Below are positions 48,425 to 62,490 of a stretch of DNA of 64,000 nt, piece by piece (within the stretch, counting starts at the first letter, position 1; each line of letters starts with the position of its first letter). The notes under the pieces were generated by a model. It was not told where the DNA came from. It saw only the letters and a program-made list of their open reading frames with translations, and did not search any database. This DNA comes from Octopus vulgaris (lineage: Eukaryota), in contig OX597815.1 in the NCBI GenBank assembly GCA_951406725.2, positions 91,140,001-91,204,000 of the forward strand. The letters are read 5' to 3'. The position numbers were made by a program, and so were the translations under genes.

Positions 48425-49893
48425 GCTTGCTTCCGGTTACCCATACTGCATTTGGTTTGTCGATTGTGTACGAGTCGGAGGTCGATTGTGTGCGAGTCGG
48501 AGGTCGGTTTTGTTGCTGCGGTGAGACAATGTACTCGGACCTTACCGGGTCTGAGTTGTTTTCAGAGGAGGAGCTCATGAGGTCGGTCATAGCAATGGAC
48601 AGTGTACTGAAAAAGACCAGAAGTTTTGCAGAGGTCACGGGGAAGAGACGAAAGGAGCTGGACTTGGCTGGTCTGAAAAACCATGGCAAGATGCTACAGA
48701 AGGTGGGAGGGGACGTAACACTGTCGCCCCTCCAAAGGAATTATGGAGAAGATGGAAAGGAAGACTATCACCTATAAGGTGTTCTCTTTAAAAGGAAGAA
48801 GGGCTGAACAGGTGGAAGCGGATACAGAAAGAGCGCTAAGTAAGAGGTCAAAAGAAATCACATACATCACAAAAGGAAAAAGATACGGAACAATGGTCGT
48901 CCAATTTAGGACAGCTGAAGAGGCAATGAGGCTGGCAAGTGTGGTGGTGAAAACGGAGGAGGTAGTGCTCCTGCCCAAATACCTGGGAAGAAAAACTTCT
49001 AAAGTGAGGGTAGAAGCAATTCCGCCGGATATAGAAGGGGCTTGGGTAGCGGCAGCTGTCCTTGTTGAAAGCGAGGAGAAGGTGGCTGTCCTCCAAGCCA
49101 CAGAAACAGAAGAAGAAGGGTGCAAAGGAAGGACGCTCGAATTAATCATTTAGACGGAGGAGGAACAACTTGAGAACTTGGCAGAGACTGTGACACTGGG
49201 GAAAATCGTGCTGAGGGTGTGGGTAGAGGGCAGAGTACCTCGTTGTTTTAAACGTGGCCAAAAGGGCCACATTAGAGCATACTGCCCTCTACAAAAGACT
49301 ACGGTCGAGGGTGTGGTTGCAGAGACAGAAGAGAAAAGAGAGGAAGAAGAAAAAATAGACGAAGGAAGCGATGAAAAGGAGGAATGGAAAGTTGCAGAGC
49401 GCACAAGAAGAAAGAGAAAAAAAAGAAAAGACACTGAGTATGATGTGGCACCCAGTCCAACCCCATCCTACCCAAAACCACTCAGACCCACCCTCCCCAC
49501 ACAGACACCAAACCCACCCACCCCATTTCCCCTCAAGAAAAAAAAAAAAAAAGAACAGACACCACAAAATTTAGAAGACCCCCCTCCCGGCAAAAAAGGT
49601 TATGAATGCATGACAGAGAGAAGGTTACCATCAAGTGACAGGACTGAACGAAAAGAGAAAAAGGACTCAGGTCCCAGAGACAGCGAGTTGTGTTACTCAG
49701 TGTGGGGTGAGTAGCACACTCTTCATAATATCATTTTCAGATATCATTCATATTATCATATTTTAATTTGTTCTTCATGTGCATTTTCATGTTCATTCAT
49801 TATATCATATTTTATTTTTTAATTGTTATATGTCCCCACATGTGTTGTAGTGTCCCATCTGTGTACTGCCTTTATGGCAAATTTGATAAAATA
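48425..49893 (+). mobile_element. ORF1-only retroelement, copy D (~1.47 kb)
   Basis: TSD AAGTAGCTTGCT(A/T)ACCA at 48408-48424 and 49894-49910; ORF pieces RSFAEVTG, KVRVEAIPPDIEGAWV, WVEGRVPRCFKRGQKGHIRAYCP; GATAAAATAAA end; no ORF2. Confidence 0.9.
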
Positions 49894-50187
49894 AAGTAGC
49901 TTGCTTACCAACCATGTGGTTCTAGGTTCAGTCCCACTGCGTGGCACCATGGGCAAGTGTCTTCTACTATAGCCTCGGGCCAACCAAAGCCTTGTGAGTG
50001 GATTTGGTAGACAAAAACTGAAAGAAGCCTGTCATATATATATATATATATATACACACATACATATGTGTGTGTGTGTTTGCCCCCCACCCAACATTGC
50101 TTGACAACCGATGCTAGTGTGTTTATGTCCCCATAACTTAGCAGTTCAACAAAAGAGACTGATAGAATAAGTACAAGTAAAAGAATA
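49894..50187 (+). mobile_element. SINE-A body (continuation after copy D)
   Basis: Resumes exactly at AAGTAGCTTGCTTACCAACC with B box and CORE-like part. Confidence 0.92.
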
Positions 50188-50413
50188 TATGTGACCAGAA
50201 ACTGTCAAGTAATATATAAAATGGATGGAATACTCATGACCAAAACACATTTGTTAATACGTCTACTTGTTGAGGACTGACCTGAATTTAAATGACAACA
50301 GCTAGTAAAGGAATGCTTATTTAGTGTGCTCAGCTAATTTAGTGTAGAAACAAATATTCTCTCCTCAAACACTCTACCAATGTTAAAATGATTATCACCT
50401 CTTTAAGTCTTAA

Positions 50414-50621
50414 CCCTTTAGCATTCAGCTTATTCTGTCAAATGTAATGCTCTTCCATTCACACTGTCTTTAATTAATCATGCATTATTTTGTAGCTTCA
50501 AAATTCTGATGATGCGAGTATATATATTTTAAAATGGCATTGGTAGGCTGGATCTGGCTGGTTAGAACATAAAACTGGTAGCAAATTTGGGCCAGATATG
50601 GTCAGTTTAAAAGCTAAAAGG
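50414..50621. mobile_element. piggyBac-type MITE (~210 bp)
   Basis: TTAA|CCCTTTAGCATT ... AAAGCTAAAAGG|TCAA; degenerate right TIR and TSD. Confidence 0.7.
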
Positions 50622-52035
50622 TCAAACCTTAAATCATTCTCACTTTTAAATCTTGGCACATCTTACTCACAGTACTGACAGTTTAACATAGCTTAATAAA
50701 GTACTTCTGATTGTCTGCAATGCAGTAACAAAATCTATGGGAACAGAACTGCTTTTAGCTAATCAGCCCTTTTATCTATGACCAGATCAGTTTTATTGTC
50801 ACATTCTTACTTTTATTGAAGGCATATTTAAAATAAAATATATAGTCTGAGGAGAAAATTGCTGAATTTGTTGATTGTTAGCTGCCAGGTTAAATATCTT
50901 CGTTTCTTCTCTGACTAAAAATATAGCCTGAAACTATAACATCTCACAGCACAGATGTATGCACAAGCCAAGGGAGCTTTTACATGACTACACAATCTGG
51001 TCCTATTAGCAAGTAAATTTCTTTCAAACAAACTCCATATTGGACAATGCTACCCAAAATACCTCTAAGAAGACAAGGTGGTCACAACTCAGATGTATGT
51101 CTTTATAGATTTGCTAAACCATGGTTGACTTAGAATTAAACAAGAACAGCAATAACAACAATCTCTGCCATTCAGTTTATAATTCCAACTAATCATAACC
51201 TTTCTTACTGGTTCAAGTTCTTTGGGCAGCCTGGTTTTATGGTGATATACAATATTATGAGCATAATGTCCTCAGCCTTAAATACAAGTCTACAATTTTA
51301 AAGATACAAAGAAAAGAAGACCTAACTGCTACACTGAGAGGTCAAGTGACTACAAAGAAACCCTCAGACTTATACATATTCAACAGCAAGAAATATAGAC
51401 TTCATTTTTTTTCTTTCTCTTTTTCACATCTGTCCAAACATATTTCATTGTTCAGAAATGTTGTTTATATAAAGAAGCTGGCTCAAAGCTGTAACATTGT
51501 TCAAATATATTGATCTGATCTCGTGTAGTTTGCTATCAATGACAGATCTCAAATAATTCAATTCTGTTCAGTAGGAATCAAATGAAGTCACCGTTATTCT
51601 TAGAGTCAATATAATTCTATGAAATAAAACACATCAGGTATTTTTGAGCAATAACATAATTTTTTTATTTTTTTATTATTGTACTATTGTTGTTACTGTA
51701 CTGCAATTGTTGCTGCATATGTCTTTGTTGTTGTTGTTGTTGCTGCTGTTGTTGCAGCTGTTGACATCCTAAACACTACAGTGTTATTCATACAATCCAT
51801 TACACAAGATGGAGCTATGATTGATCACAATCATGAAATCCCATAGTTTATACTTGCTTCAATGAATATTCAAACACTGGTCAATAAATAAGTTATTCAA
51901 ACATTTTGGTAGCAATGTCAATGATATAAGCTATTGGGTCACAAGGACACAGTTAAACATCTTTGTCCTCGTGATGTGAGAATCAATCAAGTAAACCTCA
52001 TTTCTCACTCTTTCTCTTTCTCCCTCTCTCCCTCC

Positions 52036-52089
<54 letters not shown>

Positions 52090-52099
52090 ATATATATAT

Positions 52100-52352
52100 C
52101 GGTGGCACGTAAAAAGCACCAACCAATCGTGGCCGCTGCCAGCCTCCCCTGGCACCCGTGCCAATGGCACGTAAAAAGCACCCACTACACTCATGGAGTG
52201 GTTGGCATTAGGAAGGGCATCCAGCTGTAGAAACACTGCCAGATCAAACTGGAGACTGGTGCAGCCTCCTGGCTTCCCAGACCCCAGTCGAACTGTCCAA
52301 ACCATGCTAGCACAGAAAACGGACGTTAAACGATGATGATGATGATGATGAT
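52100..52352 (+). mobile_element. RTE LINE 3' UTR fragment with two subrepeat units
   Basis: Near-identical to 46160-46408. Confidence 0.9.
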
Positions 52353-52854
52353 ATATATATATATATTTGTGTGTTCTTAAATCATGAAAGGACACTTAGC
52401 TTTGCTGCTCACAAATGAAACACAAAAAGACATCACTGCCACCTTTACGTCCAACGATAGTAAGTAGCTCCACAAAGTACTTTAACTTGGGTTGAACAGT
52501 TAATATGTCACTGTGCATAGATACAGGTCAGCATCAATGAGAAGGTATGAAATATCAGTTTGTTAACCAGTACTTGGTGAACCATTCAACAATAAGATAT
52601 TTTCAGACTGCACACCACAGAGACTCTTGTAAATATGTTACTGACCATCAGCTCTCAACAACAACCAGCTGTACTTCTATATCTATCTTTTGTAATGGTT
52701 CATTGGATCAGCAGCAAGGATTCATTGTTATTGCTACCTGACCTTGATTGAACATACTGGTGGCTAAAAGTATTCTAGCCATTGCTATCTCATTTTCTTT
52801 TTTCAGTCATAATGTGTCTGGCAATACATTATCTAATATTACATTTTTGTATTT

Positions 52855-52970
52855 GATTTGCAAGATTCTTGATGTGGAAATGTGTGTTGAAACTGATATT
52901 GTTGTATTTTGAGAGGGCCATACTGTCATTAAAAACACATATACTGGTTATGTTTCACTTCGGTTTTATT
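52855..52970 (+). repeat. Diverged solo copy of the IR1 outer end
   Basis: TGCAAGATTCTTGATGTGGAAATGTGTGTTGAAACTGATATTGTTGTATTT aligns to 1278-1329. Confidence 0.7.
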
Positions 52971-53654
52971 ACCAATAAGATAATTTATTACTATTGTTTA
53001 ATGATTAATTATCTAAATTACTGTTAGTAAAATTGAAGGGAAACATAGCCAGCATGTTTTCACTGGCAGTATGACCTCCACCAAATGCATTATCATATAT
53101 GTTATTCTCTTCTAATAAGTACAGGGAATGGTTTGAAATAAACCTCACTGCTATTTCTGAAAGACCAAACAACCATCTAAAGGCATCCCTATTATCTCAT
53201 GTAGAGGCTCATTCATTGTCACACCCACAAACATTCACTCCCAGTCAGCCTGATACAGTTACATGAAGTAAGCAAAAGAAAATAACTCAACAATGGAAAA
53301 TCAAATATGTGTTGCTGACCCAAGATACAACTACTTTACGGTACTTACACGCTCAAAGAATATGTCCTTGCAGTTGTGTTCTTAGTTTTATATTGAACAG
53401 ACAGACTTATGTCAAACTAAGTTTCTAATCTCTTAAAATCATATCTACCAGCCACAAAATTCTAAGTAACATGTTAGAAATTTTTCCCAAAACTTTCACT
53501 TTCTTCATCCTTTGTAATCTTGCAAACTCAAACATACAAAGTCTAATGTTACTTTAACATAATAATACCTGACTTTCATTAACAAACCGGTATTTTCTTT
53601 TCTTTAATGCCAGGTGCTTCTCAGTATATTTCGGTTTTTCCTTCATGTTGATAT

Positions 53655-53932
53655 ATATGTATGTAAATATAAATATTATGTATGTATGTATGTATGTATG
53701 TATGTATGTATGTATGTATGTATATGCATGCATACACATACATATGTATATATGTTTAACATGTGTGTATGTATGTGTATATGTGTGTAGAATATTGTAT
53801 TAATATATACATGATAATGCATACACATGTACATATGAAGTATAATTTTTCTCATACAAACACACACGAAAACATATACGCATATAAATACATGAATGCA
53901 CACACACAAACATACACATGCATACATAGATT

Positions 53933-53980
<48 letters not shown>

Positions 53981-54008
53981 TACATACATACATACATACA
54001 TACATACA

Positions 54009-54040
<32 letters not shown>
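53655..54040. repeat. (TATG)n/(CATA)n/(CA)n compound microsatellites
   Basis: Direct reading. Confidence 0.93.
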
Positions 54041-54041
<1 letters not shown>

Positions 54042-54339
54042 TTGCTTTCTGTTAAAAGATTCACACATGTACTTTATATTGAAACTTCATGAAAAATTCC
54101 ATATCATTCATTTTATCTTTTTTGTACATCATTATGTGTTTTGTTTTATTATGGTTTTTTACCTTTAAGATTTCTTTTGGATTTTCTTTATCACTTTTCT
54201 TTCTAACTTGAGCTTTTCATTTGTTCTTTCGTTATGCAAGATTAAAAGTTAATGTATTTTTCTGTTCCTACACTTTGAAGCAAGATTCATCACTTCAATT
54301 TATTTAAAAGCATAAGCAAAAGTAACAGCATATACATCC

Positions 54340-54985
<646 letters not shown>

Positions 54986-56379
54986 ATTTGAATAAGATAC
55001 CGTTTTTATCAGCTTGTAGTCGTGTCTGATTTTGTTTAAGTTTTGTATTCTCAACATAATAATTTACTACTTACAGCAACCAATGCAAGCAACTTGTCAT
55101 ACTGTTTTCTCATTTTTTTATATTATTTATTTTTGATTATTTCTCTACTGTATCAGTGCTGCTGCTAAATATAAGAAGACAAAGGTTATGATATTAATAG
55201 CATCAGCAAGATGAAATTTATCAGACAAACAGGAATATTTTCAACCTTGAATTAACTTTCTAAAATGCAATGTATCTTTAATATAATTTTTTTTTTTAAA
55301 TATGTTATAAACCTACTATACGGAAGTTGACTTTTCAGTTAAAATCTTGTAAAACTTGGAAAGGTTTTACTTCAAGGTCCACAATAAACTAAACTTATAA
55401 TGTTATGTTATAAAATTTTTTTGAAAATAAGGAAAATGTTTCATGGCAAAGCAAATTATTTCTTCGACTCCATGAAGAGCATAGGAGATCGGTGGAAAAT
55501 GTAAATGTCAAGTGTTTTTAAAAAGGTGTAAATGACTGTGTAAATATTCTTAACAGGCCTTAAAGGATTGATTTTGTATTCAGGAAAGAAATTAAACACC
55601 TCAGACTATTTAATTTTAAACTCAAATATCAATGAGGTCAATATTGAGGATAATTATCTTGAGATTGATAGATTAATTATCAGTTATTGCTTTTTAACCT
55701 GAAGTCATTCTTGCTCCAGAGATGTATAATGAAAGATGTTCCAGTCAACATGAACCACACAAGCTTTTATTCCAACTTGATTCATCTAAAATTGTATTAT
55801 CTAATCTATTCTTCCTTTCTAAAGAGAGTAGGAAGTAATCTGAGAGAAATTTATTTATCTTGGGGGGGATAAAAGTAAAAGTCAACTGACTTGTATTTGA
55901 ACTCAGAGAGTCACAACAGATATCATAAAGTGCTTTACCTGACACTCTAATGATTCTGCTACTTCAAAACATTATTTTCTCCTATCATCATTTTGTTCAC
56001 CTTCAACAGTTCTAGACTAGTATATACAAATAGCTTTATTTTTGAGATGTTTAAAGTGAGATATAGTCTTGTTGCATTTTATTTATTTCATTTTTTTTTA
56101 GACATTGTGTATCTATAAGTACACTTATACGACAGTGGACTATGATTTCAGCAAAGTTTTGCTTCTATTTCTAGCAGGGTGATAAACCATATATGGGTTC
56201 TCTTATTTGCTCTGCAGATATGTGTTTTGTGAATAAAGATAATATCTTATACTTCAAATGAGCAGATACTTTCTGCTCTATTTTCATCTTCAAGAGTAAA
56301 AGCTTGAGAGACATTGATGCCAGAAGGAACAAGAGATGGCTACTTTATCAAACTAATAGCTCATTATAGAAAATTAGAT

Positions 56380-56570
56380 GTGGTGGACTGGCAGAATTGA
56401 TAGAGCATCTGACAAAATGCTTCATGGCATTTCCTCCAGTTCTTACATTCTGGGTTCAAATCCCAGTAAGGTCAACTTTGCCTGTCATTCTTCCAGGGTC
56501 AATAAAATAAAGTATTAGTCAAGTAATAATGACCATCTCAGAAGTACTGGCCTTGTTCCTATATTAAAAA
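56380..56570 (+). mobile_element. SINE-B
   Basis: GGTGGACTGGCAGAATTG...GGGTTCAAATCCC...GTCAACTTTGCCTGTCATTCTTCCAGGGTCAATAAAATAAAGTA; an inverted partial copy lies at ~55850-55960. Confidence 0.8.
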
Positions 56571-56689
56571 CCACAACTTTCAAGAAGTAGTGATTCACCT
56601 AGACCAATGAGCACTTTAAACACACCTTTCATTGTCCTATAACTGGAGAGGCTGTTGTAACTGCCCTAGATTATTATAATTTTAGCGTA

Positions 56690-57883
56690 TCATTGCTAGG
56701 CATCTAATAAGCTGACTTGGTAACATTTTGATTGAAGGAGACAGCTACAATGGTACTTTGAACAGACCCCTACTAAACACTGCGTGTTACAACTGACTAG
56801 TTTGCAGAATGCAGTTGGGACATGAAGGCTATTTGGAAGCTCACTATTCAATAAAGTTTTGTGTTAAACTTGGCACAAACGCTACAGAAACTTAAGAAAT
56901 GCTTCAGACTGCTTATGGATTTAACTTGTATGAGCTGAACATCTGTTTTTCATTGGCACAAGACATTCAAGATCTGTAAAGAAGAGGTGAGAGATGATGA
57001 GGTGTGGGAGGGAGAGGTACGTCAGAACATCAGAACTGGTTGAGAAAATTCACAATTTTCTAGATGAAGACCATCGTGTGTCTATAAAGACAGTAAATAT
57101 AGAGTTTGGAATTAGTGTGGCAACTGCACACAGAATTATTTGTGAAGCTCTACACTTGTGAAATTTGAGTAAAGTTTTATTCCCAGGGTGCTCAGTAATG
57201 AACAGAAAGAAAGACGTGTTGGTGACAGCAGGGGAATAGTTAAGCACATTATCTCCAGTCCAAGGATACTTGAGTTTCTGGTGACCTGTGACAAAAGCTG
57301 GATTTAGTGTTATGATCCAGACTAAAAGACAGACTGCCCAATTGAAGCATCCTGGCTACCCCAGACACAAGAAGGTCAGGCAAAACAAATTCACAAGGAA
57401 GCCCATGATGATCACCTTTTTCATCAGTAAGGGCATCATCTACATCCATTGGGTTCCCTCTGGCCAGATTATTAATAAAGAGTACTCTGTGAAGATTTTG
57501 AGGGAGTTCAGGAAGAGATTTTGTCATAAAAGGCCAGAGCTCTTCCACTATGGTCAGTAGCACCAGTACCAGGACAATGCACCAGTCCATGATTCCATCC
57601 TGGTAACTAGATACTTGACAGAGACTTAGGCATCAAAACTGCCCCTCACCCTCCTTACAGTCCAGACCTTGCTCTCTGTGAATTTTGGTTATTCCCCAAG
57701 CTGAAGGAGAACCTCAGGTGCAGTCATTTTGAAGGACTTCCATGGGGGCCTTCTAGAAATGGTTGGAGCTCTACCACATGTGCATTGATGTCAGGGGTTC
57801 CTACTATGAAGGAGATTCAAGTTTTTGAAATGATTAAATGTCTCTCCAGTTAAAGTCTCGAAATTTCTGGAATGTCCCTTGTA
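56690..57883 (+). pseudogene. Decayed mariner (DD34D-type) transposon; left boundary uncertain
   Basis: SIKFCVKLGTNATET*EMLQTAYG, VFHWHKTFK, VTCDKSWI*CYDP, HQDNAPVH, HPPYSPDLA..FWLFPKLKE; right end ...GGAATGTCCCTTG|TA. Confidence 0.92.
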
Positions 57884-58507
57884 TCTAACATCATTTGTCA
57901 TATTACCTTGTCTTTGCTTTATTTTTTATAGTTATTTTCTTCACAGGCAGCAGGAAGTACTATCCCATTATGTTACTTTTTACCACTTTCTGTAAATAAT
58001 TTCAAACATAAGGTATGCATTTTTTCATAAATAAAATTTTAACTTAGCCTCAAAAAGTAAAAAAGTAGGTTCAAAAAGATCTGACTTGCTTTTAATCTTC
58101 ATAGATATTCACCAGAGAAAGAATATTCATCATTTCTCCAGTCTGTCTAATTTACATCATACTGCATGCACTGATGACAGATTAATTAATTCATTCATAG
58201 TTCACTACACAGGGTTTTTTGATAATTTGAAATATAAGATATATCTTTAAATAAATATACAATTTTAGCCTTGCTGTCAATAGCAAACAAAATGCTTATC
58301 CACATGCTTTATTTCTATGTCAGCAGAAAATAATGTGGTTAAGCTGACCAGTTTCTAGTTTTTCATATTCTTTATCTGATGACAATTTAATAAGATAATT
58401 TGTTTTTCTTCCCATGAAAAATAATACCTGCAGTATAACCACTTAGTTTATATTTCTTAGTAAGGCTAAAATTGCAAGCTTATTAAAAAATGATGATATA
58501 CCTTATC

Positions 58508-58700
58508 ATCATAATTTAATATCCATCTTGTATGCTGTAATGAGTTGGACAGTTTGATAGCACCCAATAAGCCAGAGAATTGTATCAAGCTCCAATGTCT
58601 ATTTTGAAATGGTTTCCACAGTTGGATGCGCTTCTTAGTGCCAACCACTTCACTGAGTGTACTGGGTGCTCCTTTAGGGACACTAGCATGAGTGAGGCCA
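58508..58700 (-). mobile_element. RTE-type 3' tail fragment
   Basis: Reverse of the (GAT)n tail, GTTGGAC, TTGGATGCGCTTCTTAGTGCCAACCAC, GAGTGTACTGGGTGC. Confidence 0.7.
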
Positions 58701-60644
58701 ACAAGTAACTAACTAACAAGACAAGACCCCTCAAGTGAGTGAAAGTGTAGTAAAGAAGGATGTGGCTTTACGCAGATGTTGAGAGGATAAAGTATGGCAG
58801 AAGGACAGGAACAGACATCTTGCTGTAGAGGAGATATATGATTACCATGCATTATGTAAGTGTAGGTGGGAGCAGCTAGAAAGAAAGCTAAAGATGGTGA
58901 TGACAAGGTGTCAGAACATACTCTAAAGTTACAAGGTGAATATAAGAGAGAATAGTGAAGAAAAATTTAAGTGCACAAGATTTTAATTATTCAAAAATGC
59001 TATGGAGAACACAATGAATTAATTAACATTATCTATTCTGAATATGAACTGCTTCATCTTTTCAACATCTTATTAACTTTATCTTTGTGTGTTTCTCAGT
59101 TACTTGTGAGAATATATTCTTCATCTTTTTGTCATTGTTATCATAACTACTGTTTTCGTTGTCATCACTGTTATTGGTGACGATCACATTGCACTAAGCA
59201 CTGATGTTGTTATTACAGTTTCTGTTTCTGTAGTCACTAGTATATTCACAGTATTATTGGGTATGTGGGTTTTATGAAAATACCTAATGGGGTAATGGGT
59301 ATGCCATATATAGTTACAGATTGCCATTTGGCAAGCCATAGCACTCATTCAGTCACCCTGCCAGGGATATATGGTGAAGTCATAAGACTGCAGCATGGTG
59401 AATTTTGAAGAGGTAATGGAAGAGCTCAACTGAGCCATCAGTGCTTCTTAGATTGATGCTGAGCAGAGGAGTCCTTGAAGATTAACAGTCAAGATAACCA
59501 AGCTCTATCAAGAGAATAACTGCAATGAATCCATAGGGGTGGTATCCATGGTTATGTAATCATCTATTGAAAGATTCACTATGACACAAGCTCTCAGTTC
59601 AAATTCATGATAATGGAATTGGATGGCCACAGAGAGTCATGGGAATCTGTAAAAGCATTGAGAAATCATAACTGCTGATGCTCTTGATATAAATGTTGTT
59701 GCTTACTCTGCAGCACTAATAACTGCTATTACCTCTTTTGCTGTCTCCATATACCAGTAGAATAATACCAATATGAGAAACACTAAAAAGAGTAATGTCA
59801 TGTTTTTCCCACTCAACCAGAAAAATGCATGTTAAATGGGAATCAAAACTGTATTGCTCAACAAAATTCTATCATTTCAAATTCCTTAAGAAAATACTAC
59901 CACAAGAGCTTCAATAAAGTAATTCGAACATCATTAATAACAATGGTGATGATAATTATTTAGTAATGGTAATTATTTGTCTTTGCTACACAAGGGAAAA
60001 AAGGATATTTTTTAATGAAACAACTAAATGATTCAGAATGGACTTCTGCCAAAAGGTATCATACACAATATTTTCTTTTGTCTTGCTAAGAGTATATCTA
60101 GGATAGACAAAATTTTCAGGGTTCATTAATATTTAGCTCACCATACCCATGGAGACCATGCTTCATCAATTGCTAAATATATGTAATATACACATTACCT
60201 TCCCATAAGAAATAATTCAAGAAAGCCACCACATTCAAGAAACCCATGTCTTTCATTATAATCCCAAGGCAACAAATTGAGAGATTGCTATATATATATA
60301 TTAGCTACACAATTCAACCTGGTCTGAATGCAGCTATTTCATACATTGTTTCATGTTGTGGCTATAATGCCGTTGAAAAGTGTTCATTTTTCACTCAATA
60401 AGGAAGCTGAACATTTTTTATGGTTTCTGACAGATGTAGAGATCAGTTCAATTTTTCATAAAAATTATTATTAAATGATTAATTGTTATGTTTTCAATTA
60501 GTAATTGGGTGTCAAACTAGTCTGGAAATGTATTGCATTTAATAACATTAATGATTTCATAATGCTTCTATAAATTCGAATATATCATCTGCAGAGTTGC
60601 ATTTTTATTCAACTTTTGCATATATCATATTTGTTTTATATAAT

Positions 60645-60716
60645 ATATGTGTGTGTGTGTGCATGTGCATGAGTGTGTGTGTGTACATACATATATATAT
60701 ATACATATGTATACAC

Positions 60717-60772
<56 letters not shown>

Positions 60773-60880
60773 TACATATACATATATATATATATATATA
60801 CACACACATTTATATGTGCACATATATATATGTATATGTGTGTGGGTGTTGTGTGGGTGTACTCATGTGTATATGTATAT
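60645..60880. repeat. Compound TG/TA/CA microsatellite
   Basis: Direct reading. Confidence 0.95.
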
Positions 60881-60882
60881 CT

Positions 60883-62334
60883 GTATCAGCCCCTTCTTAT
60901 TCATCATAATAATAGAGGAATTCAAGACAGAGTGCCCCTGGGAGCTTCTCTATGTTGATGACCTTGCTGACTCATAATCAGAACTAGAGAAAAAGTTTCA
61001 GATGTGGAAACAAGGATTAGAATCGAAGGACCTTAGGGTCAACCTAGCTAAAAACATCAAAGGAAGGTTAACTGGGAAGATAGCTTTTGTGTGTAGCAGA
61101 TGCATAGGGGCAATAAACACCACAGATGCTCAGAAAACTGATTCCATCACATGCCAGGGAGAAAAACTACAAGTAGTTGATAGCTTCCATTACCTAGGAG
61201 ATCATGTCAGTAGCCAGGGTGGATGCTCTGAAAGTGTAGCTGCTAGAATAAGAATAGCCTGGGTAAAGTTCAGGGAGCTCCTACTTCTGCTGGTGACAAA
61301 GGGCCTCTCATTCAGAGTAAAAGGTAGACTGCATGACGCATGTGTACAAACAGCTATGCTATGGCAGTGAAACATGGGCCATGACTGCTGAGGACATGCA
61401 TAAGCTTGCAAGGAATGAAGCCAGTATGCTCTGGTGGATGTGTAATGTCAGTATGCATACATGACAGAGTGTAAGCGCTCTGAGAGAAAAGTTGGACTTA
61501 AGAAGCATCAGATGTGGTATACAAGAGAGACGACTGTGCTGGTATGGTCATGTGCTGTGAATGGTTGAAGACAGCTGTGTGAAAAAATGTCACACCCTAG
61601 CAGTTGAAGGAACCTGTGGAAGAGGAAGACCCGGGATGAGGTGGTGAAGCATAACCTTCAAACATTGGACCTCACCAAGGCAATGACTAGTGACTGAGAC
61701 CTTTGAAGATATGCTGTGCTTGAGAAGACCCAACAAGCCAAGTGAGACCATGAACCATGGGCTATGCCAATGATGTATAACCAGCCCACTTATGAGTACT
61801 CTTCATTCATTGGACAATAAACTTTGCTTGTGAAGACCTGTTGAGGCAAGTGAAATTAAAATCACTGACATGGCCAATGACTACCGCCTGATTGGCACTC
61901 GTGCCAGTGGAACATTAAAAGCACCATCCAAGCATGTTCATTACCAGGGTTACTAACTGGCTCCCATGCCTGTGGCATGTAAAATGCACCATTCAACCGT
62001 AATCGTTGCCAGTGTCGCCTTACTGTGGCACATGAAAAATAACATTCGAGCATGATCATTGCCAGTGCTGCCTGACTGGCTCCCATTCAGGTGGCACATA
62101 AAAAACATCTTTTGGGTGTGGTCGTTGCCAGTACCGCCTGACTGGCCCTCATGCCGGTGGCACGTAAAAGCACCCACTACACTCTCAGAGTGATTGGTGT
62201 TAAGAAGGGCATGCAGCTGTAGAAACTTTGCAGATCAGATTGGATCCTGGTGCAGCCTTCTGGCTTGCTAGACCTCAGTCAAACCGTCCAACCCATGCCA
62301 GCATGGAAAGCGGACGTTAAACGACGATGATGAC

Positions 62335-62335
<1 letters not shown>
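60883..62335 (+). mobile_element. 5'-truncated RTE-clade LINE (RT C-terminal part plus 3' UTR)
   Basis: SPFLFII...PWELLYVDDLA, WKQGLESKDLRVNLAK, VDSFHYLG, ARIRIAWVKFREL, KGRLHDACV, YGSETW across a frameshift, RRLCWYGHV, GRGRP; (GAT)n tail. Confidence 0.93.
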
Positions 62336-62373
<38 letters not shown>

Positions 62374-62490
62374 TGTATTTATATAAGTATGCACATATGT
62401 ATGTATTATGTATATTTATATATAAATATACATATGTATATATATATATATATATATATACATATATATATTGTGTGTGTGTGTGCATGT
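62336..62490. repeat. (GATA)n and (TA)n microsatellites
   Basis: Direct reading. Confidence 0.95.

Noticed and set aside
61865-62175. CRISPR-like repeat-spacer pattern
   Set aside because: Inter-repeat segments are homologous to each other, the context is a eukaryotic LINE 3' UTR, and there are no cas genes.
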